Shown here: positions 47,727 through 58,255 of the stretch, piece after piece
How positions within the stretch are numbered: position 1 is the stretch's first letter
How the letters are laid out: each line of letters starts with the position of its first letter
Assembly: GCA_964593405.1 (NCBI GenBank)
Contig: CAZQIO010000001.1
Coordinates: 2,263-66,262, forward strand
Origin: an uncultured Candidatus Saccharibacteria bacterium
Lineage (GTDB): Bacteria; Patescibacteriota; Minisyncoccia; Minisyncoccales; GBS-2
Length of the DNA stretch: 64,000 nucleotides
Reading direction: 5' to 3'
Position numbers and translations under genes: made by a program
Notes under the pieces: model-generated
Seen by the model: the letters and a program-made list of their open reading frames with translations, nothing else
Database searches by the model: none
Told to the model about the DNA's origin: nothing

Positions 47727-49331
47727 ATGGTCAGAGAAAAAATTAAAAATTTAATTGCCAAAAGCTTGAAAAATCTTCAAAAAAGAGCCATTTTGCCACC
47801 ATTTGAATTTTCAAAAACCCAAATCGAAATTGAAAAGCCAAAATTTGCTTTTCAGGGTGATTATTCCACAACGTTAGCCTTTGTCTTGGCCAAAAAACTT
47901 GAAAAAAAACCAGAAGAAATTGGCCAATTTTTGAAATCTGAAATAGAAAAAGAAAAAGTTTTTGAAAAGGTAGAAGTAGTCAAACCTGGTTTTGTTAATT
48001 TTTTTCTTTCAAGAGAATATCTTCAAGAAAAATTAAAAGAAATCCTCAAAGAAGGCGAAAAATTTGGCCGGGCAAAGAAAAGAAAAGGAAAAAAAGTTCA
48101 GGTTGAATTCATTTCTGCCAACCCAACTAGTCAATTGCACATTGGAAACGGAAGAGGAGCTTTTTTTGGCGATGTTTTGGCAAACGTTCTTGAAATGGCA
48201 GGTTTTGATGTGGAAAGAGAATATTTTATTAACGATGCCAAAACGAACACTCAAATTAGACTTTTGGGACAGACTGCCTTAGGCAAGGGGACTGCCTATT
48301 TGAATGAATATCTCAAAGAAAAAATTAAAAAGCTTCAATCAAAATTGAAAAAAATCTCAGATGAAAGAGAAGCTGGCTATTTGCTTGCTCAAGAAATCCA
48401 AAAGGATAACAAAAAATTTATCGAAACAAAATTAAAGATCAAATTCGATAATTGGGTTTCAGAAGAGAAACTTTACAAAATAGGAAAGGTAAAGAAAGTT
48501 TACGAAATTTTAAAAAAAGAAGGATTGGTTTACAAAAAAGAAGGGGCAGAGTGGTTGAAAATTTCGGCCTTTGGAGCTCCAAAAGATGAAGTTATAATCA
48601 GGAGGGACGGTAACCCAACCTATTTTCTTTCAGACATTGCCTACCATAAAGACAAGTTTGAGCGAGGTTATCACAAAATTATCAATATTTGGGGGGCAGA
48701 CCATCAGGGCCATGTACCAAAAATTAAGGCAATAGCTAAAATTTTTGGCTTTCGGGGAGAATTGGAAATTTTGATTTCTCAACTGGTAAGATTAAAAGGT
48801 GGTCAAAAAATGTCAAAGAGAAAAGGAGAAATTGTTACCCTTGAAGAATTGATCGACGAAGTCGGTTTGGATGTAGCAAGATTCTTTTATTTAACAAAAT
48901 CTTTAGATTCTCAAATGGAGTTTGATTTAGAATTGGCTAAAGAACAATCAGAAAAGAATCCGGTTTACTACATCCAATACGCTCACACTAGAATTTGTGG
49001 AATCTTGAGAAAATGCAAAAAAATCGAACTGAAAAAATCTGACCTGAGAAATCTCAAATTTTTGAACCATCCCAGCGAAATAAACCTTATTAAGCAATTA
49101 ATCAGACTTCCAGAAATTGTCGAAGACACGGCCAAAGATTATCAAATTCAGAGAATTCCTCAATATGCCCTAGATTTAGCAAGTTCTTTTCATCATTTTT
49201 ACAAAGAATGCCGCGTATTAGAAGAAAAAGAAAACTTAAAAAAAGCACGACTCTTTTTGTGTTTGGCTACAAAAACAGTTTTAAAAAACGTTTTAAACTT
49301 AATGGGAATTTCAGCCCCAAAGAAAATGTAA
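47727..49331 (+). CDS. argS: arginine--tRNA ligase
   Basis: EFISANPT..HIGNGR, KMSKRKG, YYIQYAH, APKKM; start at ATG 47727. Confidence 0.96.
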   Translation: MVREKIKNLIAKSLKNLQKRAILPPFEFSKTQIEIEKPKFAFQGDYSTTLAFVLAKKLEKKPEEIGQFLKSEIEKEKVFEKVEVVKPGFVNFFLSREYLQEKLKEILKEGEKFGRAKKRKGKKVQVEFISANPTSQLHIGNGRGAFFGDVLANVLEMAGFDVEREYFINDAKTNTQIRLLGQTALGKGTAYLNEYLKEKIKKLQSKLKKISDEREAGYLLAQEIQKDNKKFIETKLKIKFDNWVSEEKLYKIGKVKKVYEILKKEGLVYKKEGAEWLKISAFGAPKDEVIIRRDGNPTYFLSDIAYHKDKFERGYHKIINIWGADHQGHVPKIKAIAKIFGFRGELEILISQLVRLKGGQKMSKRKGEIVTLEELIDEVGLDVARFFYLTKSLDSQMEFDLELAKEQSEKNPVYYIQYAHTRICGILRKCKKIELKKSDLRNLKFLNHPSEINLIKQLIRLPEIVEDTAKDYQIQRIPQYALDLASSFHHFYKECRVLEEKENLKKARLFLCLATKTVLKNVLNLMGISAPKKM

Positions 49332-49373
49332 AAATTTCTTGCAATTTTTTCCAGAGTTGCTATTCTAAAAAGT

Positions 49374-52300
49374 ATGGAACCAAATTTTCCACAAATAGAA
49401 AAACAAATACTTAATTTTTGGAAGAAAAATTCAATTTTTGAAAAAAGTCTCAAAGGAAAGAAAAAAAACTTTATCTTTTACGAAGGGCCACCAACAGTTA
49501 ATGCTCCTCCCGGTCTCCATCATGTCTTGTCTCGAGTTTACAAAGATATAATCTGTCGCTACAAGACAATGCAGGGCTTTAAAGTGGAAAGAAAGGCAGG
49601 CTGGGATACTCACGGCCTTCCGGTTGAGCTTCAGATAGAAAAAAAGTTGGGAATCAAAATAAAAAAGGAGATTGAAAAAATTGGAATAAAAAAATTCAAC
49701 GCCGAATGCAAAAAATCAGTTTTTGCCTATAAAAAAGATTGGGAAAATATGACAGAAAGGATTGGATTTTGGTTGGACCTCAAAAACCCTTATGTTACTT
49801 TCTATCCAGAATACATTGAGTCTTTGTGGTTTATTTTGAAAAAAATCTGGGAAAAAAAGCTTTTGTATCAGGATTTTAAAGTCACAGCCTTTTGTCCAAG
49901 ATGCGGCACCAGTTTATCAACTCATGAAGTTGCTTTAGGTTACAAAAAAGTCAAAGAACCAGCAATATATGTGAAGTTCAAAGTTTTAGACTCAGAATTC
50001 GAAAATACCTTTTTGTTAATTTGGACAACCACCCCCTGGACTTTACCAGGGAACGTGGCCGTAGCGGTCAATCCCCAATTCACTTATGTACTTTTTGAAC
50101 ACCACCCAACGAAAGAAAATCTGATCGTAGCAAAAGAAAGGCTTGAAAAGTTAGGAGAAAAGGGAGAGGTAAAAAAAGAATTTAAGGGCAAAGATTTGGT
50201 TGGTCTCAAATATCAAGCACCGTTTAATTTTTATCAGCCAGATCCCGACAAAGATAGAATGTTTGAGGTAATAGCTGGAGATTTTGTGAGCCTCGAAGAA
50301 GGAACGGGTTTAGTCCACATAGCTCCAGCTTTTGGTGAGGAAGATTTAGATTTGATTAAGAAAGAAAATTCAAAAAACAAAGGAAAAAAATTCCCAATCT
50401 TAATTAACGTTGACCAAGAAGGAAAATTCAAACCCGAAGTTCAAAAATGGGCAGGCCTTTTTGTTAAAGATGCCGATTCTGGCATCATTCAAGATTTGAA
50501 AGAAAGAGGTCTTTTGCTCAAAGAAGAACTTTATGAACACGATTACCCCTTTTGTTGGAGGTGTTCTACTCCTCTTTTGTACTACGCAAAAAAAAGTTGG
50601 TTTATTGGAGTAACAAAAGTTAAAAGAAATTTAATTGCCAATAACAAAAAGATCAATTGGGTGCCAGAGTTTATTGGAAAGGGAAGGTTTGGTGAATGGT
50701 TGAGGGAAGTAAAAGACTGGAATCTTTCTAGAGAAAGATATTGGGGAACACCATTGCCAGTTTGGAAGTGCCTAAAGTGCGGCAATGAAATTGTTATAGG
50801 CTCTAGGGCAGATTTGTTAGAGCAAAAATTCTCCACCAATAAATATTTGATTTTAAGACATGGCGAATCAAAAATGAACGTTAAAAAAATTTTAATTTCT
50901 ACTTTACCAGAAAAAGTGGCCTGCCCCCTCACTGAAAGAGGAAAAGCGCAAATTTTCCAAGCAGCAAAAAAGTTGAAAAAAGAAAAAATTGACCTAATTT
51001 TCTCTTCTGACCTTTTGAGAGCGAGGCAAACTGCAGAAATTGTTGCTAAAATTACTGGAGCAAAAATAATTTTCGACAAAAGATTAAGAGACATTCAGGG
51101 AGGAATTTTTGAAGGAGAAAGAATCGAAAAATTTCTTGCCTTTTGGAAAAGTTATGAAGAAAAATATACAAAAAGACCCCAAAAAGGAGAAAATTATCAA
51201 GACGTCAAAAAGCGAATGATTAAGGTAATTGAAGATTTAGAAAGAAAATATCAAGGAAAGACAATTCTCATTGTTTCCCATCAAAGACCTTTGGCAATGC
51301 TTGAAGGAGCAATGAAAGGATTTTTGATAGATGAGTTCGAAAAATTCATAGAGCCAAACTTAATCAAAACTGGCGAAATAAGAGAAATTGAATATAAAAA
51401 ATTCCCTTACAACGAAAAAGGAGAATTAGATTTTCATCGACCTTACGTTGACGAAATAAAGTTTTTCTGTCCAAAATGCCAAGGAAAAATGGAAAGAGTT
51501 GCAGAAGTTGTAGATTGCTGGTTTGATTCTGGAGCTATGCCTTTTGCCCAGTATCATTGGCCATTTGAAGGAAAATTCAAGCCTTCTTTTAAAAACCAAA
51601 AACTCAAACCGCCAAAACTGTTTCCAGCAGATTATATTTCAGAAGCTGTCGATCAAACCAGAGGGTGGTTTTACACTCTTTTGGCAGTTTCAACACTTTT
51701 GGGTTTCGGCCCTCCTTACAAAAATGTTGTTTCCCTCGGTCACGTTTTGGATGAGAAAGGAGAGAAAATGTCAAAATCGAAAGGTAATGTTGTCGATCCA
51801 TTTTACATTGTAGAAAAGTATGGAGCCGATGCCATCCGTTGGTACTTTTTCACTGTTAATCAACCTTGGGACGCCAAGCTTTTCTCTGAAAAAGATGTCC
51901 TTTCTGTTTTAAGAAGGTTTATTTTAACTCTTTGGAATTCTCATTTGTTCTTGAAAACCTACGTTCCAAAAACAAAAATAAAGAAAACAGAAAAATCAAA
52001 AAACGTTTTAGATAGATGGATTGTTTCTAGGTTAAATAGATTAATTTTGGAAACAACTCAACTTTTGGAAAAATATCAAATAACAAAAGCTGCTACCTTA
52101 ATCGAAAATTTTGTCGTCAATGACCTTTCTTTATGGTACATTAGAAGATCTCGAAAAAGATTTCAAAATCCAAAAACCAAAAAAGAATTTACGGAAGCTG
52201 CCGAAACCCTCTCTTTTGTTTTGTTGACCTTGGCTAAAATTTTAGCTCCCTTTATTCCCTTTTTAGCTGAGAAAATTTTCAAAGATTTAACTAACAAAAC

Positions 52301-52853
52301 AAAAGCTTCCGTTCATTTGGAAAAATGGCCAAGACCAAATTTAAAAGCAATCGATAGGAAATTAGAAGAAAAAATGGAAAAAGTAAGAGAAATAATCAGC
52401 CAGGCTTTAGCTGAAAGGGCAAAGACAAAGATTAAAGTAAGACAACCACTCAATCGATTGACTATTCCAGATAAAACAATCTATAAAGAAAAGAGCCTTT
52501 TAGAATTAATTAAAGAAGAAGTGAATGTTAAAGAAGTTATCGTTGGAGAGAAATTGGAATTGGACCTTTCAATTACCCCAGAATTAAAAGAAGAAGGATT
52601 GGCGAGAGAATTGATAAGACAGGTGCAGCAAATGAGAAAAGAAATGGGCCTTTTCCCAAAAAATAAAACAAAAATTTACTTTTTTGCTCAAGAAAATTTA
52701 GAAAGAATTGTTGAAAAGTACAAAAAGGAAATATTACTCCAAACAAAGAGTAAAGAGATTCTTTGGCAATTGCCTCCAAAAAACTCTTTCCAAAAAGAGG
52801 TAAAGGTCAATGACTCTTTAATAAAAATTGGATTGGTGAAATATGGTGTTTAA
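49374..52853 (+). CDS. ileS: isoleucine--tRNA ligase type 2 with inserted histidine-phosphatase domain
   Basis: EGPPT..GLHH, WTTTPWTLP, SRERYWG, DQTRGWF, KMSKS; RHG insert. Confidence 0.96.
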   Translation: MEPNFPQIEKQILNFWKKNSIFEKSLKGKKKNFIFYEGPPTVNAPPGLHHVLSRVYKDIICRYKTMQGFKVERKAGWDTHGLPVELQIEKKLGIKIKKEIEKIGIKKFNAECKKSVFAYKKDWENMTERIGFWLDLKNPYVTFYPEYIESLWFILKKIWEKKLLYQDFKVTAFCPRCGTSLSTHEVALGYKKVKEPAIYVKFKVLDSEFENTFLLIWTTTPWTLPGNVAVAVNPQFTYVLFEHHPTKENLIVAKERLEKLGEKGEVKKEFKGKDLVGLKYQAPFNFYQPDPDKDRMFEVIAGDFVSLEEGTGLVHIAPAFGEEDLDLIKKENSKNKGKKFPILINVDQEGKFKPEVQKWAGLFVKDADSGIIQDLKERGLLLKEELYEHDYPFCWRCSTPLLYYAKKSWFIGVTKVKRNLIANNKKINWVPEFIGKGRFGEWLREVKDWNLSRERYWGTPLPVWKCLKCGNEIVIGSRADLLEQKFSTNKYLILRHGESKMNVKKILISTLPEKVACPLTERGKAQIFQAAKKLKKEKIDLIFSSDLLRARQTAEIVAKITGAKIIFDKRLRDIQGGIFEGERIEKFLAFWKSYEEKYTKRPQKGENYQDVKKRMIKVIEDLERKYQGKTILIVSHQRPLAMLEGAMKGFLIDEFEKFIEPNLIKTGEIREIEYKKFPYNEKGELDFHRPYVDEIKFFCPKCQGKMERVAEVVDCWFDSGAMPFAQYHWPFEGKFKPSFKNQKLKPPKLFPADYISEAVDQTRGWFYTLLAVSTLLGFGPPYKNVVSLGHVLDEKGEKMSKSKGNVVDPFYIVEKYGADAIRWYFFTVNQPWDAKLFSEKDVLSVLRRFILTLWNSHLFLKTYVPKTKIKKTEKSKNVLDRWIVSRLNRLILETTQLLEKYQITKAATLIENFVVNDLSLWYIRRSRKRFQNPKTKKEFTEAAETLSFVLLTLAKILAPFIPFLAEKIFKDLTNKTKASVHLEKWPRPNLKAIDRKLEEKMEKVREIISQALAERAKTKIKVRQPLNRLTIPDKTIYKEKSLLELIKEEVNVKEVIVGEKLELDLSITPELKEEGLARELIRQVQQMRKEMGLFPKNKTKIYFFAQENLERIVEKYKKEILLQTKSKEILWQLPPKNSFQKEVKVNDSLIKIGLVKYGV

Positions 52854-53154
52854 ACAATTAAAAGAGTTGATAATCTCACCATATGAAGGATATGAAATCA
52901 CAGAACATCTTTTAGAGGAAGATAGGAAAAAATTGGCAGATGGTTTGGGAAAATTTTTGAAATCGCTGAAAAATTTCTTTGGAGAACCAGACCAAATGGA
53001 AGTGACCAAAGATGATATACAAAAACTTATCGAATATTTTAGAGGTTATCCTAGCCAAAGAGATAATTTTATTAAAGGATTGCGCCTTTCAACAGAATTA
53101 CATCCAGCAAGATTGGAAAGAATTTTGCAAAGATTGCTTGAGAAAATTTCTTGA
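52843..53154 (+). CDS. hypothetical protein
   Basis: 103-aa ORF overlapping the ileS end. Confidence 0.6.
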   Translation: MVFKQLKELIISPYEGYEITEHLLEEDRKKLADGLGKFLKSLKNFFGEPDQMEVTKDDIQKLIEYFRGYPSQRDNFIKGLRLSTELHPARLERILQRLLEKIS

Positions 53155-53167
53155 ATTTTCCCAAAAT

Positions 53168-53917
53168 ATGTTTGTGAGGGAAAGGACTGTTGGGTTGATT
53201 TTTCAAAAGAAGGAATTTAGGGAAGCAGATCAAATAATTTCTGTTTTTTCCCAAGACTTTGGAAGGATAGAAGTTCTTTGCAAAGGGATTAGGAAAATTG
53301 CCTCAAAATTAAAGTATGGAATAGAAATTTTTTATCTTAGCGAAATCGAAACTGTTAAAGGATATTATTCGAGAATTCTTACAGATGTTCAAGTGGTCGA
53401 AAAATTTTCTCAAATCAGAAAAAATTTGGCCAGATTGTCGATTGCTTATCAAATTTCCGAAGTTTTGGATGGTTTGATCAAAGAGTCAGAAAGAGAAGAG
53501 AAAATTTGGAATTTGCTTTTGAACACTTTTTCTATTTTGAACAATCAAAATCTCAACTTAACAATTTGCCATTTAAGTTTTTACTATTTTTTTTGGAATT
53601 TGGTTAACGTTTTGGGGTTTGGGCCAAGGCTAAAAAATTGTGTTTTTTGTCAAAAAAGAATTTTAAACCATTTAATTTATTTTTCGGCAGAGGATGGCGG
53701 AGTGGTTTGTAAAGAATGTTTTTTAACACAAAAAAAAGGAGAAAGGGTTTCTCAAAGGTTGATTAAGTTTTTAAGAGCCTTTCTTGAGTTTGAGTTTGAT
53801 CTGATTAAAAAAGTGAAAGTAAAAAAAAGCGATTTTGCGGAAATGAAAACGATTACCAAAAGATATTTTCAAAACCTAATCGAAAAACACTATGCGAGTT
53901 CGAATTCGAATTTTTAA
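53168..53917 (+). CDS. recO: DNA repair protein RecO
   Basis: READQI..FGRI..KGIRK..SKL, CVFC..CKEC Zn finger. Confidence 0.9.
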   Translation: MFVRERTVGLIFQKKEFREADQIISVFSQDFGRIEVLCKGIRKIASKLKYGIEIFYLSEIETVKGYYSRILTDVQVVEKFSQIRKNLARLSIAYQISEVLDGLIKESEREEKIWNLLLNTFSILNNQNLNLTICHLSFYYFFWNLVNVLGFGPRLKNCVFCQKRILNHLIYFSAEDGGVVCKECFLTQKKGERVSQRLIKFLRAFLEFEFDLIKKVKVKKSDFAEMKTITKRYFQNLIEKHYASSNSNF

Positions 53918-55568
53918 TCTTTTGATTTTAATTTTTCTTTTTCTTTCTGGCCTTTCTTTTTTTATCTGGCAAAGGAACGTTTATTCTAAAGAAAGCTTAA
54001 AATTGGAAATTTTAGGGCCTAGCGAGGCTGTTTTTGGTGAAGAAGTGGAATATATTGTAAAATACAAAAATAACGGTCATTTTAGACTGGAGGAACCAGA
54101 ATTGATTTTTGATCCTCCAGAAAATTCTTTAAAAGATGGAGAAATTGCCAAAAGAGAAATTTTAACCTCAGAAAAATTGGGTTTTGCCATTTATCCTGGT
54201 GAAGAAAATTCCTTTTCGTTTAGAGTGAAACTTTATGGCAAAGAGGGAGAAGTCAAAATAGCCAAAGCCACTTTAAATTATCGGCCAAAAAATTTAAAAG
54301 CCAAATACACTTCAAAAACTACTTTAACTACTAAAATCAAATCTGTTCCAATTACTTTTGAGTTCGATTTACCATCAAAAGTTGAGCCTGGGAAAAAATT
54401 CACCTTTAATCTCAATTATTTTTCTAACGTTGAACAACTTTTAGAAAATTTAAGAATTCAAATTGAGTATCCAAAAGAGTTTGAATTTATAGATTCAAAA
54501 CCAAAAGCGATTGAACAGTCAGAGTGGGAAGTGCCAGTTTTAAATAAATTTGAAGGAGGGAGAATTGAAATTTCAGGAAGAATTTTTGGAGAGGAAGGAA
54601 CTGCTAAAGTTTTCAAGGGAAAATTGGGAATTTTAATAGGAGAAAACTTAATAATTTTGAAAACAGCCGAAAAGGGAGTGGAAATTGTTAAGCCATCAAT
54701 TTTTATCAGACAAGAAATTAATGGCAACCCTCAGTATGTAGCCGCACCCGGAGAATGGCTCCATTATACAATCTTTTTCAAAAATATAGGAGATGAAGAG
54801 ATGACAAATTTAATTTTGATTTCAAAATTAGAAGGAGAGGCTTTTGATTTTCAAACGATCAAAACAGAGTTGGGAGAAGCAAGGGCAGGCGACAATTCAG
54901 TTGTTTTTGATTGGAGGAAAGTTCCCAAGTTACAATATTTAGCACCAACGGAAGAGGGATCGGTTGAGTTTTGGATAAGATTAAAGGATGAGATAGGGAA
55001 CGTTAAAAACCCGGTTTTAAAAAATAAAGTATTCATCGGTCAGGCAAAAGAAGAATTTATTACTAAAATTTCATCAAAAGTTGAACTTTTCCAATTTGGT
55101 TATTATTATGATGAAATATTCGGAAATTCAGGACCTCTTCCTCCAAAAGTTGGGGAGAGTACGACCTATACAATCGTGTGGGAGATAAAAAATTATTATT
55201 CAGATTTGAACGATGTTAAAGTTAAGGCCAAATTGCCATCTTTTGTCAGTCTAACCGGAAAGGTTTTTCCTCAAGAAATGGCCTCAAAGTTTTCCTTCGA
55301 TCCAGAATCTAGGGAAATAGTCTGGGCAATCGGAAATCTAGAACGGGGAAAAGGAGTTTTGAGCCCCCCTCTTACTCTTGCCTTCCAAGTGATTTTTTCA
55401 CCTACTCCAGAACAAGTGGGAACTAGTCCAGAAATAATTAACGAAGCCAAACTCATTAGTGAAGATAGCTGGACAGGAAGGATTTTGGAAGCTAGCGCAA
55501 AAGCAATAACCACTAAATTAACAGATGACCCCATGATGCGGCCAGAATTTGGTGTTGTTGTTAAATAA
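53892..55568 (+). CDS. membrane-anchored multi-Ig-like (DUF11-like) surface protein
   Basis: N-terminal TM, repeated PG..Y.I...N beta-sandwich motifs. Confidence 0.65.
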   Translation: MRVRIRIFNLLILIFLFLSGLSFFIWQRNVYSKESLKLEILGPSEAVFGEEVEYIVKYKNNGHFRLEEPELIFDPPENSLKDGEIAKREILTSEKLGFAIYPGEENSFSFRVKLYGKEGEVKIAKATLNYRPKNLKAKYTSKTTLTTKIKSVPITFEFDLPSKVEPGKKFTFNLNYFSNVEQLLENLRIQIEYPKEFEFIDSKPKAIEQSEWEVPVLNKFEGGRIEISGRIFGEEGTAKVFKGKLGILIGENLIILKTAEKGVEIVKPSIFIRQEINGNPQYVAAPGEWLHYTIFFKNIGDEEMTNLILISKLEGEAFDFQTIKTELGEARAGDNSVVFDWRKVPKLQYLAPTEEGSVEFWIRLKDEIGNVKNPVLKNKVFIGQAKEEFITKISSKVELFQFGYYYDEIFGNSGPLPPKVGESTTYTIVWEIKNYYSDLNDVKVKAKLPSFVSLTGKVFPQEMASKFSFDPESREIVWAIGNLERGKGVLSPPLTLAFQVIFSPTPEQVGTSPEIINEAKLISEDSWTGRILEASAKAITTKLTDDPMMRPEFGVVVK

Positions 55569-55578
55569 AATTAAAAAC

Positions 55579-56997
55579 ATGAACAATTTAATGGAAAAAA
55601 TTATATCTTTAGCAAAAAGAAGGGGATTTGTTTTCCCATCTTCTGAGATTTATGGGGGAATTTCAGGATTTTATGATTTTGGACCTCTTGGGGTTGAAAT
55701 GAAAAATAACATAAAAAAACTTTGGTGGAAAAAAATAGTCAGAGAGAGAGATGATGTTGTGGGAATTGATTCATCGATAATTCAAAACCCAAAAGTTTGG
55801 CAGGCTTCTGGTCATGTGGAAAGGTTTTTTGACCTTTTGACAGAGTGTAAAAATTGTCACAAAAGGTTTAGGGCTGACCATTTGATTGAGGAAATGAGAA
55901 ATTCTGGAAAATTGGGTGAAATTGAAAAAGAAAAAGAAATAAAAGATATTTCAAAATTGATTGAAAAAATAAAATGCCCAGAATGCGGAGGAGAATTGGT
56001 TCCTCCAAGACAATTTAATTTGATGCTCAAAACTTTTGTCGGGCCGGTTGAAGAGGAAAGTTCAATTTCTTTTTTGCGACCAGAGACAGCTCAAGGCATT
56101 TTTATTAATTTCAAAAACATAATGGAAACTCAAAGAAAAAAAATTCCCTTTGGTATAGCCCAAATCGGAAAAGCCTTTAGAAACGAAATCACTCCTAGAA
56201 ATTTTCTCTACAGAGTTAGGGAATTTGAGCAAATGGAGTTGGAATTTTTTGTCAAACCAGGGGAAGATGAAAAATGGTTTGAATATTGGGTAAAAGAGAG
56301 GTTCAATTGGTACATTAATGTTTTAGGAATTAAAAAGGAGAATTTAAGAATCAGAGAACACAAAAAAGAGGAATTAGCCCATTATGCAAAAGCCTGCGTT
56401 GATATCGAATACAAATTTCCCTTTGGTTGGGGAGAAATTGAAGGAATTGCAAACAGGACAGATTACGATTTAAAGAAGCACCAGGAATTTTCAGGACAGA
56501 ACCTTTCTGTTTTCGATGAAAAAGAAAATAAAAAATATTTGCCCTATGTGATTGAGCCTTCTTGCGGAGTAGAAAGAATATTTTTCGCTTTGTTGTGCGA
56601 TGCTTTCGAAGAAATTCCTGGAGGAAGGACAAAAACAACAAAGCCAACAAAGGAGGTTGAAATTTTACTCAAACTTGATAAAAAAGTTGCCCCAGTTAAG
56701 GTTGGAATTTTACCTTTAATCAGAACAAAAAAAGAATTGGTTCAAAAAGCTAGGGAAATTTATGAAAAGCTCAAACCCCATTTCAATTGCGTTTTTGACG
56801 AGGTTGGCTCTATCGGAAGAAGATATAGAAGATTAGATGAGATTGGATGCCCCTTTGCAATTACTGTTGACTTTGAGAGTTTAGAAAAAGAAGATGTAAC
56901 AATTAGAGAAAGAGACAGCATGGAACAAGAAAGGGTGAAAATAAAAGATTTGTTAAAAGTATTAAAAGAAAAACTTGAATTAGAAGATGATGTTTAA
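55579..56997 (+). CDS. glyQS: glycine--tRNA ligase (homodimeric type)
   Basis: LRPETAQGIF, FRNEI, REFEQME, VIEPS. Confidence 0.96.
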   Translation: MNNLMEKIISLAKRRGFVFPSSEIYGGISGFYDFGPLGVEMKNNIKKLWWKKIVRERDDVVGIDSSIIQNPKVWQASGHVERFFDLLTECKNCHKRFRADHLIEEMRNSGKLGEIEKEKEIKDISKLIEKIKCPECGGELVPPRQFNLMLKTFVGPVEEESSISFLRPETAQGIFINFKNIMETQRKKIPFGIAQIGKAFRNEITPRNFLYRVREFEQMELEFFVKPGEDEKWFEYWVKERFNWYINVLGIKKENLRIREHKKEELAHYAKACVDIEYKFPFGWGEIEGIANRTDYDLKKHQEFSGQNLSVFDEKENKKYLPYVIEPSCGVERIFFALLCDAFEEIPGGRTKTTKPTKEVEILLKLDKKVAPVKVGILPLIRTKKELVQKAREIYEKLKPHFNCVFDEVGSIGRRYRRLDEIGCPFAITVDFESLEKEDVTIRERDSMEQERVKIKDLLKVLKEKLELEDDV

Positions 56998-58255
56998 AAA
57001 AGTTGTACTAAAAAATGGGTTAAGAATTCTTACTGTTCCTCAAAAAACAACGAGGGCGGTTACTGTTTTGGTTTTGGTTGGTAGCGGTTCCAAATATGAA
57101 GAAAAAGAAAAAAGCGGAATTTCTCACTTTTTAGAACACATGTTTTTCAAAGGAACAAAAAAAAGACCAAGCTCTCTGGCCATTGCCGAAACTCTAGACA
57201 AAGTTGGGGGCATTTACAATGGCTTTACCTCAAAAGATTATACTGGCTATTTTGCAAAAGTAGCAAAAGAACATTTTGAACTGGCCTTAGATTGGGTGGC
57301 AGACATTTTTTTAAATTCTATTTTGCCAGAAAAAGAGATTGAAAAAGAAAGAGGAGTGATCATTGAAGAAATTAACATGAGAAAAGATCATCCAATAGAA
57401 CACGTTCAAACACTTTGGCATCAACTACTGTACGGAGATCAACCTGCCGGATGGGACATTGCCGGAAGCGTCGAAACTGTTTCAAAAATTACTCGGCAAG
57501 ATCTAATTAAATTTAGAGAAAAACATTACATTGCCAAAAATACAATAGTTTGTTTGGCTGGGAATTTTGATCAAAAAACTGGAATTGAAAAAGTGAAAAA
57601 ATATTTTTCAAAAATTAAAGAAGGCAAATTGCCACAAAAACCAAAAGTTATTGAAAAACAAAACTCGCCAGCTTTTTTAATTGAGGAAAGAAAAACTGAT
57701 CAAACCCATCTTTGTCTGGGAGTGAGAACTTTTAATTTGTTTCATCCCTCAAGGTACGCCCAAGAAATTTTAGCTTTGGTTTTGGGGGGAATGATGAGTT
57801 CAAGGCTTTTTGAAACAATAAGGACAAAATTAGGCATTGCTTATTATGTAGACACCGAAGTCTATTTGGACCCAGACAGTGGTTATTTAGTGACAAGAGC
57901 AGGTTTGGATAATGAAAAAGTTTTAACAGGCATTTTAGCGATTTTAAAAGAGTACAAAAAAATAAAAAAAGAAGGAATTTCAAAAGGAGAATTGAAAAAG
58001 GCGAAAGATTGCCTAAAGGGCAAAATGACTCTCCTTTTGGAATCTTCAGACGCTCTTGCTTCTTTCTATGCCAGCCAGGAGGTTTTGGAAAAGAAAATTT
58101 TATCTCCAGAACAAATTTTTGAAAAAATTGAAAAAGTTTCTCAAAAAGACATTTTGAAATTGGCCAGAGAAATTTTCAGACCAGAAAGATTAAACCTGGC
58201 AATGATTGGTCAATTTGATTCGAAAAAAACTTTAAAGAAAATTTTAAAGATATGA
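56987..58255 (+). CDS. M16 family peptidase
   Basis: HFLEHMFFKGT, SSRLF. Confidence 0.93.
   Translation: MMFKKVVLKNGLRILTVPQKTTRAVTVLVLVGSGSKYEEKEKSGISHFLEHMFFKGTKKRPSSLAIAETLDKVGGIYNGFTSKDYTGYFAKVAKEHFELALDWVADIFLNSILPEKEIEKERGVIIEEINMRKDHPIEHVQTLWHQLLYGDQPAGWDIAGSVETVSKITRQDLIKFREKHYIAKNTIVCLAGNFDQKTGIEKVKKYFSKIKEGKLPQKPKVIEKQNSPAFLIEERKTDQTHLCLGVRTFNLFHPSRYAQEILALVLGGMMSSRLFETIRTKLGIAYYVDTEVYLDPDSGYLVTRAGLDNEKVLTGILAILKEYKKIKKEGISKGELKKAKDCLKGKMTLLLESSDALASFYASQEVLEKKILSPEQIFEKIEKVSQKDILKLAREIFRPERLNLAMIGQFDSKKTLKKILKI

Noticed and set aside
50820-51410. Intein in ileS
   Set aside because: No N-terminal Cys/Ser block, no His-Asn end, no LAGLIDADG; the insert is a histidine phosphatase
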